The translations under genes and the position numbers were made by a program. This document shows, piece by piece, positions 53,365 to 62,476 of a DNA stretch of 64,000 nt. Location: the IMG/VR virus record IMGVR_UViG_3300009093_000035, positions 1-64,000 of that record; one strand, written 5' to 3'. The notes below the pieces were generated by a model. The model had not been told where the DNA came from. It did no database searches and saw only the letters and a list, made by a program, of their open reading frames with translations. The stretch's first letter is position 1. Every line of letters begins with the position of its first letter.

Positions 53365-56300
53365 TCACTCCTTGAAGAACGGAGCCGGCTGAAGAGCCGG
53401 ATCCGGAGTCGTCCGGGTACGCCCGCGATCCATCGGACGACCTTCGAGAAGGTATCGATCCGCCGCCGCGTAGCCCTCGCCGTAGCCGGTCGGAGAGATC
53501 TGACCCGCCGCCGTGACGCCCGTCGCCTGAGTGTTCCCGTTGCCGTAGACGGCGAAGGTCATGATGACCATCTGAAGCTCGTCGCCTTCGGAACGGATTC
53601 GGTTCGGGGCCGCTCCGGAGAACGCCTCCTCGTGGAAGTTACGAACGAGGAGCGCCTTCCCAGCGAGGACCGCCCCCTTCAGGACGGGCCGGAGGCTAGA
53701 CGGGAAGGAGTCGCTCACCCAATCCACCGGGCCGCCCGGGGCCGAACCCGAGAGAACGAACGCCGCGCCGCCGCCTCGGTAGAGACGGAACTTCTTCGTG
53801 CCCGCGGGGGTGAGGGTCGTGAACGGGGTGTACAGAAGGATCCCGCCGTCCGACATCGAGAGGAGCGATCCCGGGTCGTTCAAGAACCGGGTGTACTCCA
53901 AGCCTCCCGTCGTGAGGGGAAGGTCCGAGTAGATCGGACGAACGCCTCCCGGATAGGTCCGCATCGCCGACGCGTTGTCGTCAAGCGGGTTCTCCGAGAA
54001 GAAGTCCGAGTCGCTCGCGAGGATACCCAGCGGAAGGCGCTCGGTCATGCCTCCGAGCGAGATCGCCGAGTTCCCCGGGCCGCCGTTCACCGGAAGGTTG
54101 ACGCCGCCTGCGAAGGGACCTTCGGTGACGACGGCTCCGACCGGGTGGTTGTTGCTCGACGGGTAGAGGCCGAGCCCCGTTCCATCGAGGAGTTGAGCCG
54201 CCTGGTTCAGCGGGACGAACGGCACCGGAGCCGTCCCGTACGACATCGTGATACGGGTCGAGTTGCCGTCTTCTCCGACCTCTCGCGAGACGAAGATCAC
54301 GCGGTCGGCCAAGGCGAACGCTTCGACGAAGAGGCTGGTCGTGGGATCCGAGTTGACGGCCTCGGCCAACGACGCGGCCAGGTCGAGGGTGTTGGCGCCG
54401 ATGAAGTCGGCGCCTCCGACGAACGTCACCGAGATCACGGTCTGGATCTCGATCGAGAGAGCCCCGGTGACTCCGTTGATCAGGTTGGCGTTCGTGAGCT
54501 GGATCGAGATCCCGGCTCGCGACGTGTTCTTTCCCTGACCTTCGGTGAAGGCTCGCGGAAGGACGCGCCACGGGAGGGCCGAGGGAGAAGCCGGGATACG
54601 GTCCGCGGCTCCGGCCGTGGACGAGTCGATGTACCCGGCGTCCAGCTCGGTTCCGAGGAACATCCGGCCACCGATCTTCCCGGTCCCGAGCGTCGTGTAG
54701 AAGTCCATCGACGCGACGACCTGGAGAGCGCGCGGGTTCGGACGCTGGACGTTCATCACACCCGTCGTCGGATCGAACTGCTCGATCGGAGTCGCGAGCT
54801 GGAACGCGTCGTTCTGACTGATCTGGCCGTAGCGCGACTCGTAGTCCGCGATCTGGATCGTCGATCCGTCTCGCGTCATGTACGGGTCGCCCTGATAGAC
54901 CGTCCGCTCGTACGCCTGGTACAGGGCATCCCCTCGCGGAGCCGCGCACGGAAGAACCATGCTGACGTCCGTGATCTCGGGGTTGCTCCCGTCCACGATG
55001 TCCGCTCCGGTTCCCGTGTTGCGACGGGCGAGGACGAGGTTGTTCTGGTTGATCCAGCCCTCGGAGAACCCGAAGACCACGCACTCCACGACGTAGTTGA
55101 AGCTCGTGAAGGTGTTGCCCGAGACGAAGCCCGGGACGCGAGTGATGTCGATCGCGGACTCAGGGACGAGGTACGTGTGAGCGTTCGCCGTTCCCGTGAC
55201 GTCGTTTCCTCCGCCCTGACGGACGAAGAGCGTCTGCTGATCGGCTCCCGTACGAAGAAGGTTCGTCGGTGGGTTCACGATCGGAGTGAGACGGTCACCT
55301 TGGAACCCGCCGATGTACGTGGGATCGAGGTGGGCCAGGAAGTCCTGGAGTTCGTAGACGCCGTAGAGGCGCGCGATCCCGAGGTACGGGGGAAGCTCGA
55401 CGCCGTTCAGACCATTCCCGAGGTCCGACGAGATCACGTCTGAGTAGAACTGTTTCCGCCCGCCGTACGCCGGATGCGGCGGACCGCCAACTGTGCCCCG
55501 GTGTCCGTAGGGGATACCAGCGCCCGTCGCAAAGAGGATAGGGTTGACCCGGTTGGCCGCGGGGGACCCGCCGTTGTCTTCACCGCCGATGATGTAGAAG
55601 ACTTCCGACGTGTCATCAGTCTCGTCGCAAAAGAGGTGGTTGATTCCGGGCATGAACGGATCCGTCGGAGCCGTTCGAACGTGGTAGGGGATGTCCTGAC
55701 GACCGAAGCGGGGCATGTACTCCGGCGGAACCGGGTAGCCCATCTTGAGGCCCGTCGTGAAGATCGCCGCCCCGTCCTTCAAGGTGGCGTCGAGGTAGGC
55801 GACCGGGCCGAGGAGCGACGGGTTCGCCGTCGTCGTCAGCGCCTTCTCCGTCATGTTCTTCTTGATGAAGGGACGGAAGAGAGCCGTCTTCGAGCCCGGA
55901 TCCACGAACAGTTCGTGCTCCCGGTCCTGTTCCGAACGCCCGACGACGAAACCGCCGTAGGCCGGAGCCAGCGGAGCGTCCTCGCCCTTCGACGAAAGAC
56001 GGTTCCAGAGCTGGATGTGGGTGGGGTCGTACTCGCGCTCTCCCGCCGGGAAGGGGGCGAGCGTCGAGAACTCCGGATCGAGAACCGAGGGGACGTTGCG
56101 GAGGAACGTCGCCGCGCTCGCCACGGCCGAGAATCGGACGATCTCGTCCGCCACACGGGTACTCGAACCCCGGTTCGGGTGCCACATCAGCGTCGAGGTG
56201 ATGACGGCCTTCGAGTTGACCGGAACGACCTTCGCCGGAGAGCCCGTCTGCTGAACCGCCAGCGTCCCGGTGTTCGCAGCGTTCCACGGGTTCGCCGCGC

Positions 56301-58869
56301 CGCCGGAGATGTTCGCGAGGTCGGTGAAGACGAGCGCCGCGCCGGCCGGTCCAGGGATACGACCCTTGTCGTCCTCGGCGTTCATGAACATGGAGCGGAA
56401 CTCCACGATCACGGTCTGACCCGCGTTGCTGGTGAACGCGTTGAAGTCGGCCGAGAGCGGGACGACAACCATCTGGTCCGCCGTATCCGCGATCTGATCC
56501 GTGTACGCCCCGCCCGTAGCGGCTGCCGTACCGGCCCCTACGACCTTGAAGGCGCCGTTGTTGTCCTTGGACAAGGCGTTCCCGTACACGATGACGTAGA
56601 TGAGCGAGGAGGCTCCGGTGTGGTCCCGGCCCCCGTCCGTCAGCATGTCACGAAGCGTCCGCTCCCCGCGGAGAAGCGGAAGCGTGAACGTATCGAAGTT
56701 CAGCCCGAGAACCTTGATCTGGTGACGGGTATCCGGGCCGGTCGGGTTGATGAAGTTCGCGCTCGTGGAAGGCACCGCCGTGAAGACGAGCGCCGGGTTG
56801 AGAACCCCTCCGAGAACGATGAAGGGACGCTCGAAGTTGAGCGAGTGGAGCGGGTACATCGCTCCCGGGTGCTGGGCGGGGGTCTCCCCGATCGCCGCCG
56901 CCGTCGTGATACGACCGGCTCGGAAGGCGTTGTCCAGGGGCGAGCCCGGGACCGGAAGCGGGAAGGTCGGGGCGTAGGTCGGACCGCCCTCGAAGCGGAG
57001 CTTCCAGGGGTGCTGGTCTCCGGGATTCGAGGTATCCGACAGCCACATCTCCACCGGCGAGACGTGACGGACGGCCTGGGGGTTCGGGCTCTGGGGGAAG
57101 CCCGCGCGCGCCCCGCCCACCCCATCAGCTCCGCCGAGGTGGATGAGGATCACGGACCCGTTCGTCCAACCGTCGCCGGTCGGGTTGTTCAGGAAGCCGT
57201 TCGGCTGGAAGTCCGCCCCGACGCCCCAGCTCGCCGCCACGCTCGAATCGAACGTGGTGTCGGCGAAACCGTTCGTGGTAGGAGCGTTCGGGTCGATCAT
57301 GACCGTCACGCCCGGCTGAAGGGCCGCGCTGTCCGACCAGATCGTCCGGATACCGTCTGGACCGTCGATCTGATCGACCTGATTCGGAGGCGGGCTCGTG
57401 TTGACACCCCAGAGGTACGAGACCTCCGTGGTGGTGACGCCGAACGTATCGCCGCCCGTCCCGGCCTTCTTGAAGGTCGTCTTCAGGTCGCCGCGAACGA
57501 GCGAGGCGACGCCGTGCTGGAGGATACGGGTGTAGTCCCAATCCCCAAAGTTCACCGATCGACGAAGGTCGACGATGTCGTCTCGGGTGATCTGGTCGGC
57601 GAAGACTCCGTCCGGACGCGAGTCGTAGAGGGAGACGACGGTTCCTGCGACGTGAACCCGGGCCATCGTCCCGTTGCGGCCGCGCCCCCCGGTGACTCCG
57701 GGACCGGGCGTCGGAACGAAGATCGTGTTGACCGAATCCGTCCCGTTGAAGGCGATGATCTCTTGGTTGATACCGGTGTCGAGGACGAGGAACCTCGTCG
57801 TGACACCGACCGGGAAGAGGGCCGGATCCGAAAGGGCCGAACCAACGAGGTTCGTGAGGACGATCGGACCCGTCTGGGTTGCGGTGATGTCGCTCGTGAG
57901 CGTCGCTTGGAGAAGCGGGCGAGCCCCCGAACGCGGATCGGGAAGCGTATGGGAACTCGGAGTCCGCTCCGAGGCGCCGTTCTGATTCGGGTTGCCGCTG
58001 GAGGTGACCGCCACGAAGGGGCTCGTGTTCCGGCGGAAGACGCCCGCGATCGGAATCGCATAGACGTAGCCGTCGATCGTTCCGAGGCCGTTCGCCGGAT
58101 CACCGTCGCCTGCGCGCCAGAGCGAAGGATCGCCCAGCTCTTCTCTCATGTTCCCGAACGTGAAGGCGGAGGACACCGTGGCCGTCCCCTGAGCCTTCAC
58201 CTGCGGGTCGTCGAGACCGTCCGGGTAGTTGGCGAGATCGACGCTCGTTCCGAGCGAGTCGCCCGAGCCCACGACGCGGATACGGTATTGAAGCTGGACG
58301 CGCTTCGTCGTCTCGAAGCCGATCGCCGGATCTTCGAGATCGTCGGTGACGTTCGTCCCGCCGAACTCCACGTTGCCGTACTTCCAGATCGTGGAAGCCG
58401 AGGGCTTGTTCACCGTGGAAGGGTTGGGAGAGACGAGGGTCCGCCAGACTTCCAGGAAGACGAAGTCCGTACGGGAATCCGTCGTCGGAGGCGGGAAGAG
58501 AGCGACGCGGTTGAGGACGCTGTCGGAGATCCTTGTCCCGGCCACCGGGAAGACCCAGCCGTTCACCGCCGCGATCAGAACAGGGGAAAGCTCCTCGACC
58601 GAATCCACGACTCCGGGAACGCCGATTCCGAACTGGTTCGCCCAGAGCGGGTCGACCTGGTAGTCTTCCCTAGCGCGCGTCGGATCGACGAAGAAGCCCG
58701 AATGGACCTGGGCTCGAACGACCTGAGAGAGATTCTCCCAGTCGATCTGAGACATCAGGTTCAGCTCAGAGTCGAGGGGTGGCTTGTCCTTCTGCCACAC
58801 GACGGCCGTGAACTGACGTGCGAAGTCAGACAACGTTCGGGAAACTCCGGGACCCCAGTACTCAGCCAT
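53365..58869 (-). CDS. very large virion structural protein (baseplate/tail-associated), 1834 aa
   Basis: VVWQKDKPPLDSELN, RTDFVFLEVW, ETTKRVQLQYRIRV, IDGYVYAIP...FRRN and RPDG...D.I...DI.DLR, as in jumbo-phage baseplate-type proteins. Confidence 0.7.
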   Translation of the reverse strand: MAEYWGPGVSRTLSDFARQFTAVVWQKDKPPLDSELNLMSQIDWENLSQVVRAQVHSGFFVDPTRAREDYQVDPLWANQFGIGVPGVVDSVEELSPVLIAAVNGWVFPVAGTRISDSVLNRVALFPPPTTDSRTDFVFLEVWRTLVSPNPSTVNKPSASTIWKYGNVEFGGTNVTDDLEDPAIGFETTKRVQLQYRIRVVGSGDSLGTSVDLANYPDGLDDPQVKAQGTATVSSAFTFGNMREELGDPSLWRAGDGDPANGLGTIDGYVYAIPIAGVFRRNTSPFVAVTSSGNPNQNGASERTPSSHTLPDPRSGARPLLQATLTSDITATQTGPIVLTNLVGSALSDPALFPVGVTTRFLVLDTGINQEIIAFNGTDSVNTIFVPTPGPGVTGGRGRNGTMARVHVAGTVVSLYDSRPDGVFADQITRDDIVDLRRSVNFGDWDYTRILQHGVASLVRGDLKTTFKKAGTGGDTFGVTTTEVSYLWGVNTSPPPNQVDQIDGPDGIRTIWSDSAALQPGVTVMIDPNAPTTNGFADTTFDSSVAASWGVGADFQPNGFLNNPTGDGWTNGSVILIHLGGADGVGGARAGFPQSPNPQAVRHVSPVEMWLSDTSNPGDQHPWKLRFEGGPTYAPTFPLPVPGSPLDNAFRAGRITTAAAIGETPAQHPGAMYPLHSLNFERPFIVLGGVLNPALVFTAVPSTSANFINPTGPDTRHQIKVLGLNFDTFTLPLLRGERTLRDMLTDGGRDHTGASSLIYVIVYGNALSKDNNGAFKVVGAGTAAATGGAYTDQIADTADQMVVVPLSADFNAFTSNAGQTVIVEFRSMFMNAEDDKGRIPGPAGAALVFTDLANISGGAANPWNAANTGTLAVQQTGSPAKVVPVNSKAVITSTLMWHPNRGSSTRVADEIVRFSAVASAATFLRNVPSVLDPEFSTLAPFPAGEREYDPTHIQLWNRLSSKGEDAPLAPAYGGFVVGRSEQDREHELFVDPGSKTALFRPFIKKNMTEKALTTTANPSLLGPVAYLDATLKDGAAIFTTGLKMGYPVPPEYMPRFGRQDIPYHVRTAPTDPFMPGINHLFCDETDDTSEVFYIIGGEDNGGSPAANRVNPILFATGAGIPYGHRGTVGGPPHPAYGGRKQFYSDVISSDLGNGLNGVELPPYLGIARLYGVYELQDFLAHLDPTYIGGFQGDRLTPIVNPPTNLLRTGADQQTLFVRQGGGNDVTGTANAHTYLVPESAIDITRVPGFVSGNTFTSFNYVVECVVFGFSEGWINQNNLVLARRNTGTGADIVDGSNPEITDVSMVLPCAAPRGDALYQAYERTVYQGDPYMTRDGSTIQIADYESRYGQISQNDAFQLATPIEQFDPTTGVMNVQRPNPRALQVVASMDFYTTLGTGKIGGRMFLGTELDAGYIDSSTAGAADRIPASPSALPWRVLPRAFTEGQGKNTSRAGISIQLTNANLINGVTGALSIEIQTVISVTFVGGADFIGANTLDLAASLAEAVNSDPTTSLFVEAFALADRVIFVSREVGEDGNSTRITMSYGTAPVPFVPLNQAAQLLDGTGLGLYPSSNNHPVGAVVTEGPFAGGVNLPVNGGPGNSAISLGGMTERLPLGILASDSDFFSENPLDDNASAMRTYPGGVRPIYSDLPLTTGGLEYTRFLNDPGSLLSMSDGGILLYTPFTTLTPAGTKKFRLYRGGGAAFVLSGSAPGGPVDWVSDSFPSSLRPVLKGAVLAGKALLVRNFHEEAFSGAAPNRIRSEGDELQMVIMTFAVYGNGNTQATGVTAAGQISPTGYGEGYAAADRYLLEGRPMDRGRTRTTPDPALQPAPFFKE

Positions 58870-58875
58870 GAGTTC

Positions 58876-59679
58876 TCACTTGTACAGAACCGCGTAAGAG
58901 GCGAGGTAACGCTTCTCGACGGTCGATTTGTTGATGAAGGCCAAACGGAGCTTCGTTCCTGGGTCGCAGACAGTCATCGGAGTCAAAAGGCTCACCCGAG
59001 AGTACCCGCCCCCGTCGTTGGCCGAGAGGTAGACTTCCCAATCGGTTGGAGATTGATCCACTTCGACGAGCCCCTTCGAAGCAGCGTCGTTCGCTCCGGC
59101 GCTCGGCCCGTCGTATGCCATGACGTCCGGAGTGACCACGTACTCGTGGATCTTCCAGTACACCATGAAGCTATCCGAACCGGCAGGGACGTCGGTTGAG
59201 ATGTCGATCGTATCCGTGATGAGGCACCCAGGGCGAACCGGGCTGAGCGTGGAGTTCTGAGGAAGAACCGCCACCGAGTTCGGAGCCAGGCCCTGGTTCA
59301 AGACTCCGCCCCGCCCGACCTGGGCCCGAGTCGTGTACCTCACTGGCGGAGGTCCCGGGCTCGCCGGGAAGGCCGCCGTCAGGTCCAAAGCATCCACATC
59401 CGCCGACGTCAGAAGAGCGTTGTAACGGATGAAGTTGTAGGACGGGAACGACTTCAGCACTGAAGCGAAGACGGCGTCTACAAGGTTGGACGGACCCAAG
59501 AGCTTCGAGCTGATGGTGATCGGAGGAGGAAACACCCCCTCCGGAACTTCCACATAGAACTTGCCGTTCGATGGGATCGGAGGCGACCCCGGAAGAGGCG
59601 TCGGAGAAACCTGTACGATCACCGATGTGGACTCGGGTCCAACGTTCGGGAGTCGATTCAGGTCGGCGAAGATCCTCAT
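58876..59679 (-). CDS. virion structural protein (putative)
   Basis: Co-transcribed with 53365; C-terminal WEVYLSANDG...LRLAF. Confidence 0.55.
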   Translation of the reverse strand: MRIFADLNRLPNVGPESTSVIVQVSPTPLPGSPPIPSNGKFYVEVPEGVFPPPITISSKLLGPSNLVDAVFASVLKSFPSYNFIRYNALLTSADVDALDLTAAFPASPGPPPVRYTTRAQVGRGGVLNQGLAPNSVAVLPQNSTLSPVRPGCLITDTIDISTDVPAGSDSFMVYWKIHEYVVTPDVMAYDGPSAGANDAASKGLVEVDQSPTDWEVYLSANDGGGYSRVSLLTPMTVCDPGTKLRLAFINKSTVEKRYLASYAVLYK

Positions 59680-59768
59680 CAGTTAGCTCTACCGTCGCTC
59701 CCTCATAGGGACACGACCGAGTCCAGTGTTTTTCACCGTTAGGTCGCTCACCTACATGGGGGTTGGGT

Positions 59769-60404
59769 TCAGGCGGCCGGAGGCGGATCGGTCGGTTCGA
59801 TCACCGTCGAATCCTGGGAAGGGTTCGGATCGGTGGCCGGAGCCGGAGGAGGCGTCGGCGCGGAGGCAGGAGCCGGGACGACGACTTCGGTCGTAGCCGT
59901 CGTCACATTCACCGCTCCCGGAGCCGCCTCGACCGAAGCGCTGCTGTCCAGAGTGTGAAGGACCTGGTTCGCCTTCGTGTTGACGAAGCGACGAATGGTG
60001 GTGATGAGGACGTCGTAGGCGACCTTGCACAGGATACCGGCGGAGCCGTAGGTCATGAGGTGACCCGCGAACTCGTAGCCTTCCTTGGTCAAGGAGGGTT
60101 CGGCCGGGAGCCAGGGAATCAGGCCCAACAGGAGACCCACCAGAACAGGCTGAGCCGGTAGCGTCGCATCGAAGATTCGAATCCACAGCGGATCCGGCGG
60201 AGGAACCGCCTTACCAGCGGAGTCCCGGTACGTGACGGCCCGACCGTTCACGGTCAGAGTCGAGAGAATGTGACCATTCTCGTCGTACATGGGCGGAGTC
60301 TTGAATGCCTCGACGGCCTTCTTCGCCGCTTCCCCGAACGCGCCGATCACGATCGCGGAGATCAGGATTGTCGGGGAAGAGAGAATGTCGATCAAGGATT
60401 GCAT
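59769..60404 (-). CDS. membrane protein (holin-like)
   Basis: Three hydrophobic segments and a Pro-rich tail; GAGGAGG RBS. Confidence 0.55.
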   Translation of the reverse strand: MQSLIDILSSPTILISAIVIGAFGEAAKKAVEAFKTPPMYDENGHILSTLTVNGRAVTYRDSAGKAVPPPDPLWIRIFDATLPAQPVLVGLLLGLIPWLPAEPSLTKEGYEFAGHLMTYGSAGILCKVAYDVLITTIRRFVNTKANQVLHTLDSSASVEAAPGAVNVTTATTEVVVPAPASAPTPPPAPATDPNPSQDSTVIEPTDPPPAA

Positions 60405-60497
60405 GACGCCTCCTCAGATCTCAAACGATAGGTAGAAGAACGCCTCGGGGCTTTCGACCCCGAGGCGTTCTTCGTTCGCTTGGCCGCTGCTTCTACC

Positions 60498-60992
60498 CTA
60501 ACGGTATCTGACGATGTCCAACCGCTTTCCTTCGAAAGCACCTCGAACGAAAGTCGCGAAACGATCAGAGATCTCATCGAGCGGATTGTGACCCTCAGAG
60601 GTCACAAGGGTCTGAGAAGAACGATCGAAGTGTAGAGACACCTTCTCCCGGCTGCGACTGGGTTCGAAGAAGGTCACCGTAGCCGCATGAACGCTATTCT
60701 CCCCCACCGGAGTACGTTCGAAGATGATCTCCAAGGTAGTAGCTGAGCGATCCCCTTCCGCTGGAAGTCGGAGTTCCAGACGCGAAGTCTCCTCGTTGAG
60801 GAAGAGACTCACGTCGCTTCTCTTCTGTCCTGAAACGGGACTGAGCGTGAGTGGCTCAACGAACCTCTTCTCCCACAGCTGGTAGAAATCCTTCGCGAGT
60901 TTCTTACACGCCTCCTGATGAGCCTTGGGGTTTGGATCAAGGAATTCCACCAGGCTGTCGATCTGACAGACGGCGGTTCTGATTTGGGTCAT
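60498..60992 (-). CDS. hypothetical protein
   Basis: Probable start MTQIR at 60992; lower-GC codon usage. Confidence 0.5.
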   Translation of the reverse strand: MTQIRTAVCQIDSLVEFLDPNPKAHQEACKKLAKDFYQLWEKRFVEPLTLSPVSGQKRSDVSLFLNEETSRLELRLPAEGDRSATTLEIIFERTPVGENSVHAATVTFFEPSRSREKVSLHFDRSSQTLVTSEGHNPLDEISDRFATFVRGAFEGKRLDIVRYR

Positions 60993-61159
60993 AAGTGATC
61001 TTTCGAGTGTGGGGGTTGTTCGCCGAGCTTCGGCGATGATGCTTCGAGTCCACAGGGTGTCCCCTGTTTCGGACCAGAAGTACACATTCTAACTCTGTAT
61101 ACGGAAACTAATACAAAAATCGTACTCCTGTCAGTAGCCCGTACTACGGTATGGTGTGT

Positions 61160-61357
61160 ATGCCCGACTCAAAGAAGATCTCCACCCGCATCACCTTCGA
61201 CCCCGATCTCCTCGACTGGCTCAAGGCCGAATCGAAACGTCGTCGGATGTCGATGTCTCACATCATCCGCGAACTCGTCCTGAGAGAGATGACGGGGGAA
61301 GGATCGGCTCTCGCCGTATCTAGATTCCTGGAACAGAGGTCGACGGAGAAGAAGTGA
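61160..61357 (+). CDS. ribbon-helix-helix (CopG-like) regulator
   Basis: STRITFDPDLLDWLKAESKRRRMSMSHIIRELV. Confidence 0.75.
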   Translation: MPDSKKISTRITFDPDLLDWLKAESKRRRMSMSHIIRELVLREMTGEGSALAVSRFLEQRSTEKK

Positions 61358-61377
61358 CGTGTTCCTCGAAAACATGG

Positions 61378-61430
61378 AATCGGCGGGATGGTCTCCTAAG
61401 AGAATCCACCCCGCCGAATTGAATTTTTAC
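61378..61430. terminator. hairpin between convergent genes
   Basis: CGGCGGGATGG...CCACCCCGCCG (1 mismatch), followed by AATTGAATTTTT. Confidence 0.5.
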
Positions 61431-61458
61431 CTAGAATCAGGTTGGACGAGAGGTCGTG

Positions 61459-62238
61459 TTACTCGACAGTACGGATCGTCCAGAGGTCGTCCGCCAGATT
61501 CGAGTTCAGGAGGTAGGCGTAGGGCATGGTGAAGTACCCGCTCTGACCCCAGCTCGCGCCCCAGCTGTTGCGGACGATGAAGCGCTGGGAAGCGTCGTCA
61601 AAGCCCACGCAGAGAACCGCGTGGCCGCCGAGGCACTGCTCGGAAGCCGTCGGGAGGTTGAGCACCCCCGACTTCGCCACCTCGGCGCTCTCGAACGCCT
61701 CGTAGACCGAGAAGCCGAACACGACCGGGAATCCCGAGGCAAGACACGTCTTCATCGCTTCGAGCGTCTGGGGAACGCGGGCGTAGGAGACCGCCTGGTT
61801 CAGAAGACCTTCCTTGAAGGCCGCCGCAGACGGCTTCTTCTTGAAGGCCGTGATGACGTACGGCCAGGTCTTCTCCGTGCAGACGCCCGACTTCACGACG
61901 GTCTTGATGCCGTCGCGGATCTGGGCTCCGGCGTCCTGCTTGATGGTGTGCTCCATCGCGCGCTCGTTGTAGTAGATGAACAGGCGCGACGGCGTCATGA
62001 AGGTCGTCCCGCCGGTCTCCTTCGCCTTCGCGAAGGCGTAGGCACCCGCGATCGCGTTGCCAGTGCAGCTACCGAGCTGGCCCTGGTCGTAGACCGGGGG
62101 GCAGGTCCCGCGAAGGTCGATCTTCGTGGGGAGGAGATCCTTCCGAATCGGGGCCGCCGCGAAGATGTGGTCGCGGTGATCCGGGAGATCCGGGTGCCAT
62201 CCGTAGTTCTTCTTCGACACTGAACTCTTCTTCACCAT
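61459..62238 (-). CDS. papain-like C1A cysteine peptidase
   Basis: YDQGQLGSCTGNA, SRLFIYYNER, GGHAV and RNSWG; start MVKK at 62238 with GGAGG RBS. Confidence 0.93.
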   Translation of the reverse strand: MVKKSSVSKKNYGWHPDLPDHRDHIFAAAPIRKDLLPTKIDLRGTCPPVYDQGQLGSCTGNAIAGAYAFAKAKETGGTTFMTPSRLFIYYNERAMEHTIKQDAGAQIRDGIKTVVKSGVCTEKTWPYVITAFKKKPSAAAFKEGLLNQAVSYARVPQTLEAMKTCLASGFPVVFGFSVYEAFESAEVAKSGVLNLPTASEQCLGGHAVLCVGFDDASQRFIVRNSWGASWGQSGYFTMPYAYLLNSNLADDLWTIRTVE

Positions 62239-62341
62239 GGTGTATCCTCCAAAGCCCCAACGACCTATACAGGCCATAGGTGAGCTAAAGGGAATCCATG
62301 ATTTGAGAGTCGATTAGGGCGTAAAGGCCCTCGACATTCTC

Positions 62342-62476
62342 ATGATACGCATACTCCTATTCCTACTCGCTGCGTCCATGGTCTCAGGGTGTTACTTCAA
62401 CCTAGACGCGCTTCGCGGGACGGGACGTTTGGACGTCGGAGCGTCCGCAGACGCCGGAACCGACTCGGCTGATTAG
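62342..62476 (+). CDS. 44-aa lipoprotein (not in ORF track)
   Basis: MIRILLFLLAASMVSG-CYFNLDALRGTGRLDVGASADAGTDSAD; GGCGTAA upstream; similar to the N-terminus of 34614. Confidence 0.65.
   Translation: MIRILLFLLAASMVSGCYFNLDALRGTGRLDVGASADAGTDSAD

Noticed and set aside
37858-59199. Long opposite-strand ORFs (37858-40137, 41169-43382, 49092-51518, 53332-55443, 55474-59199; also 12775-14133 and 16493-17860) and the same-strand alternate frame 21518-24103
   Set aside because: Shadow frames of real genes caused by high GC3 bias; R/V/D-rich, no motifs.
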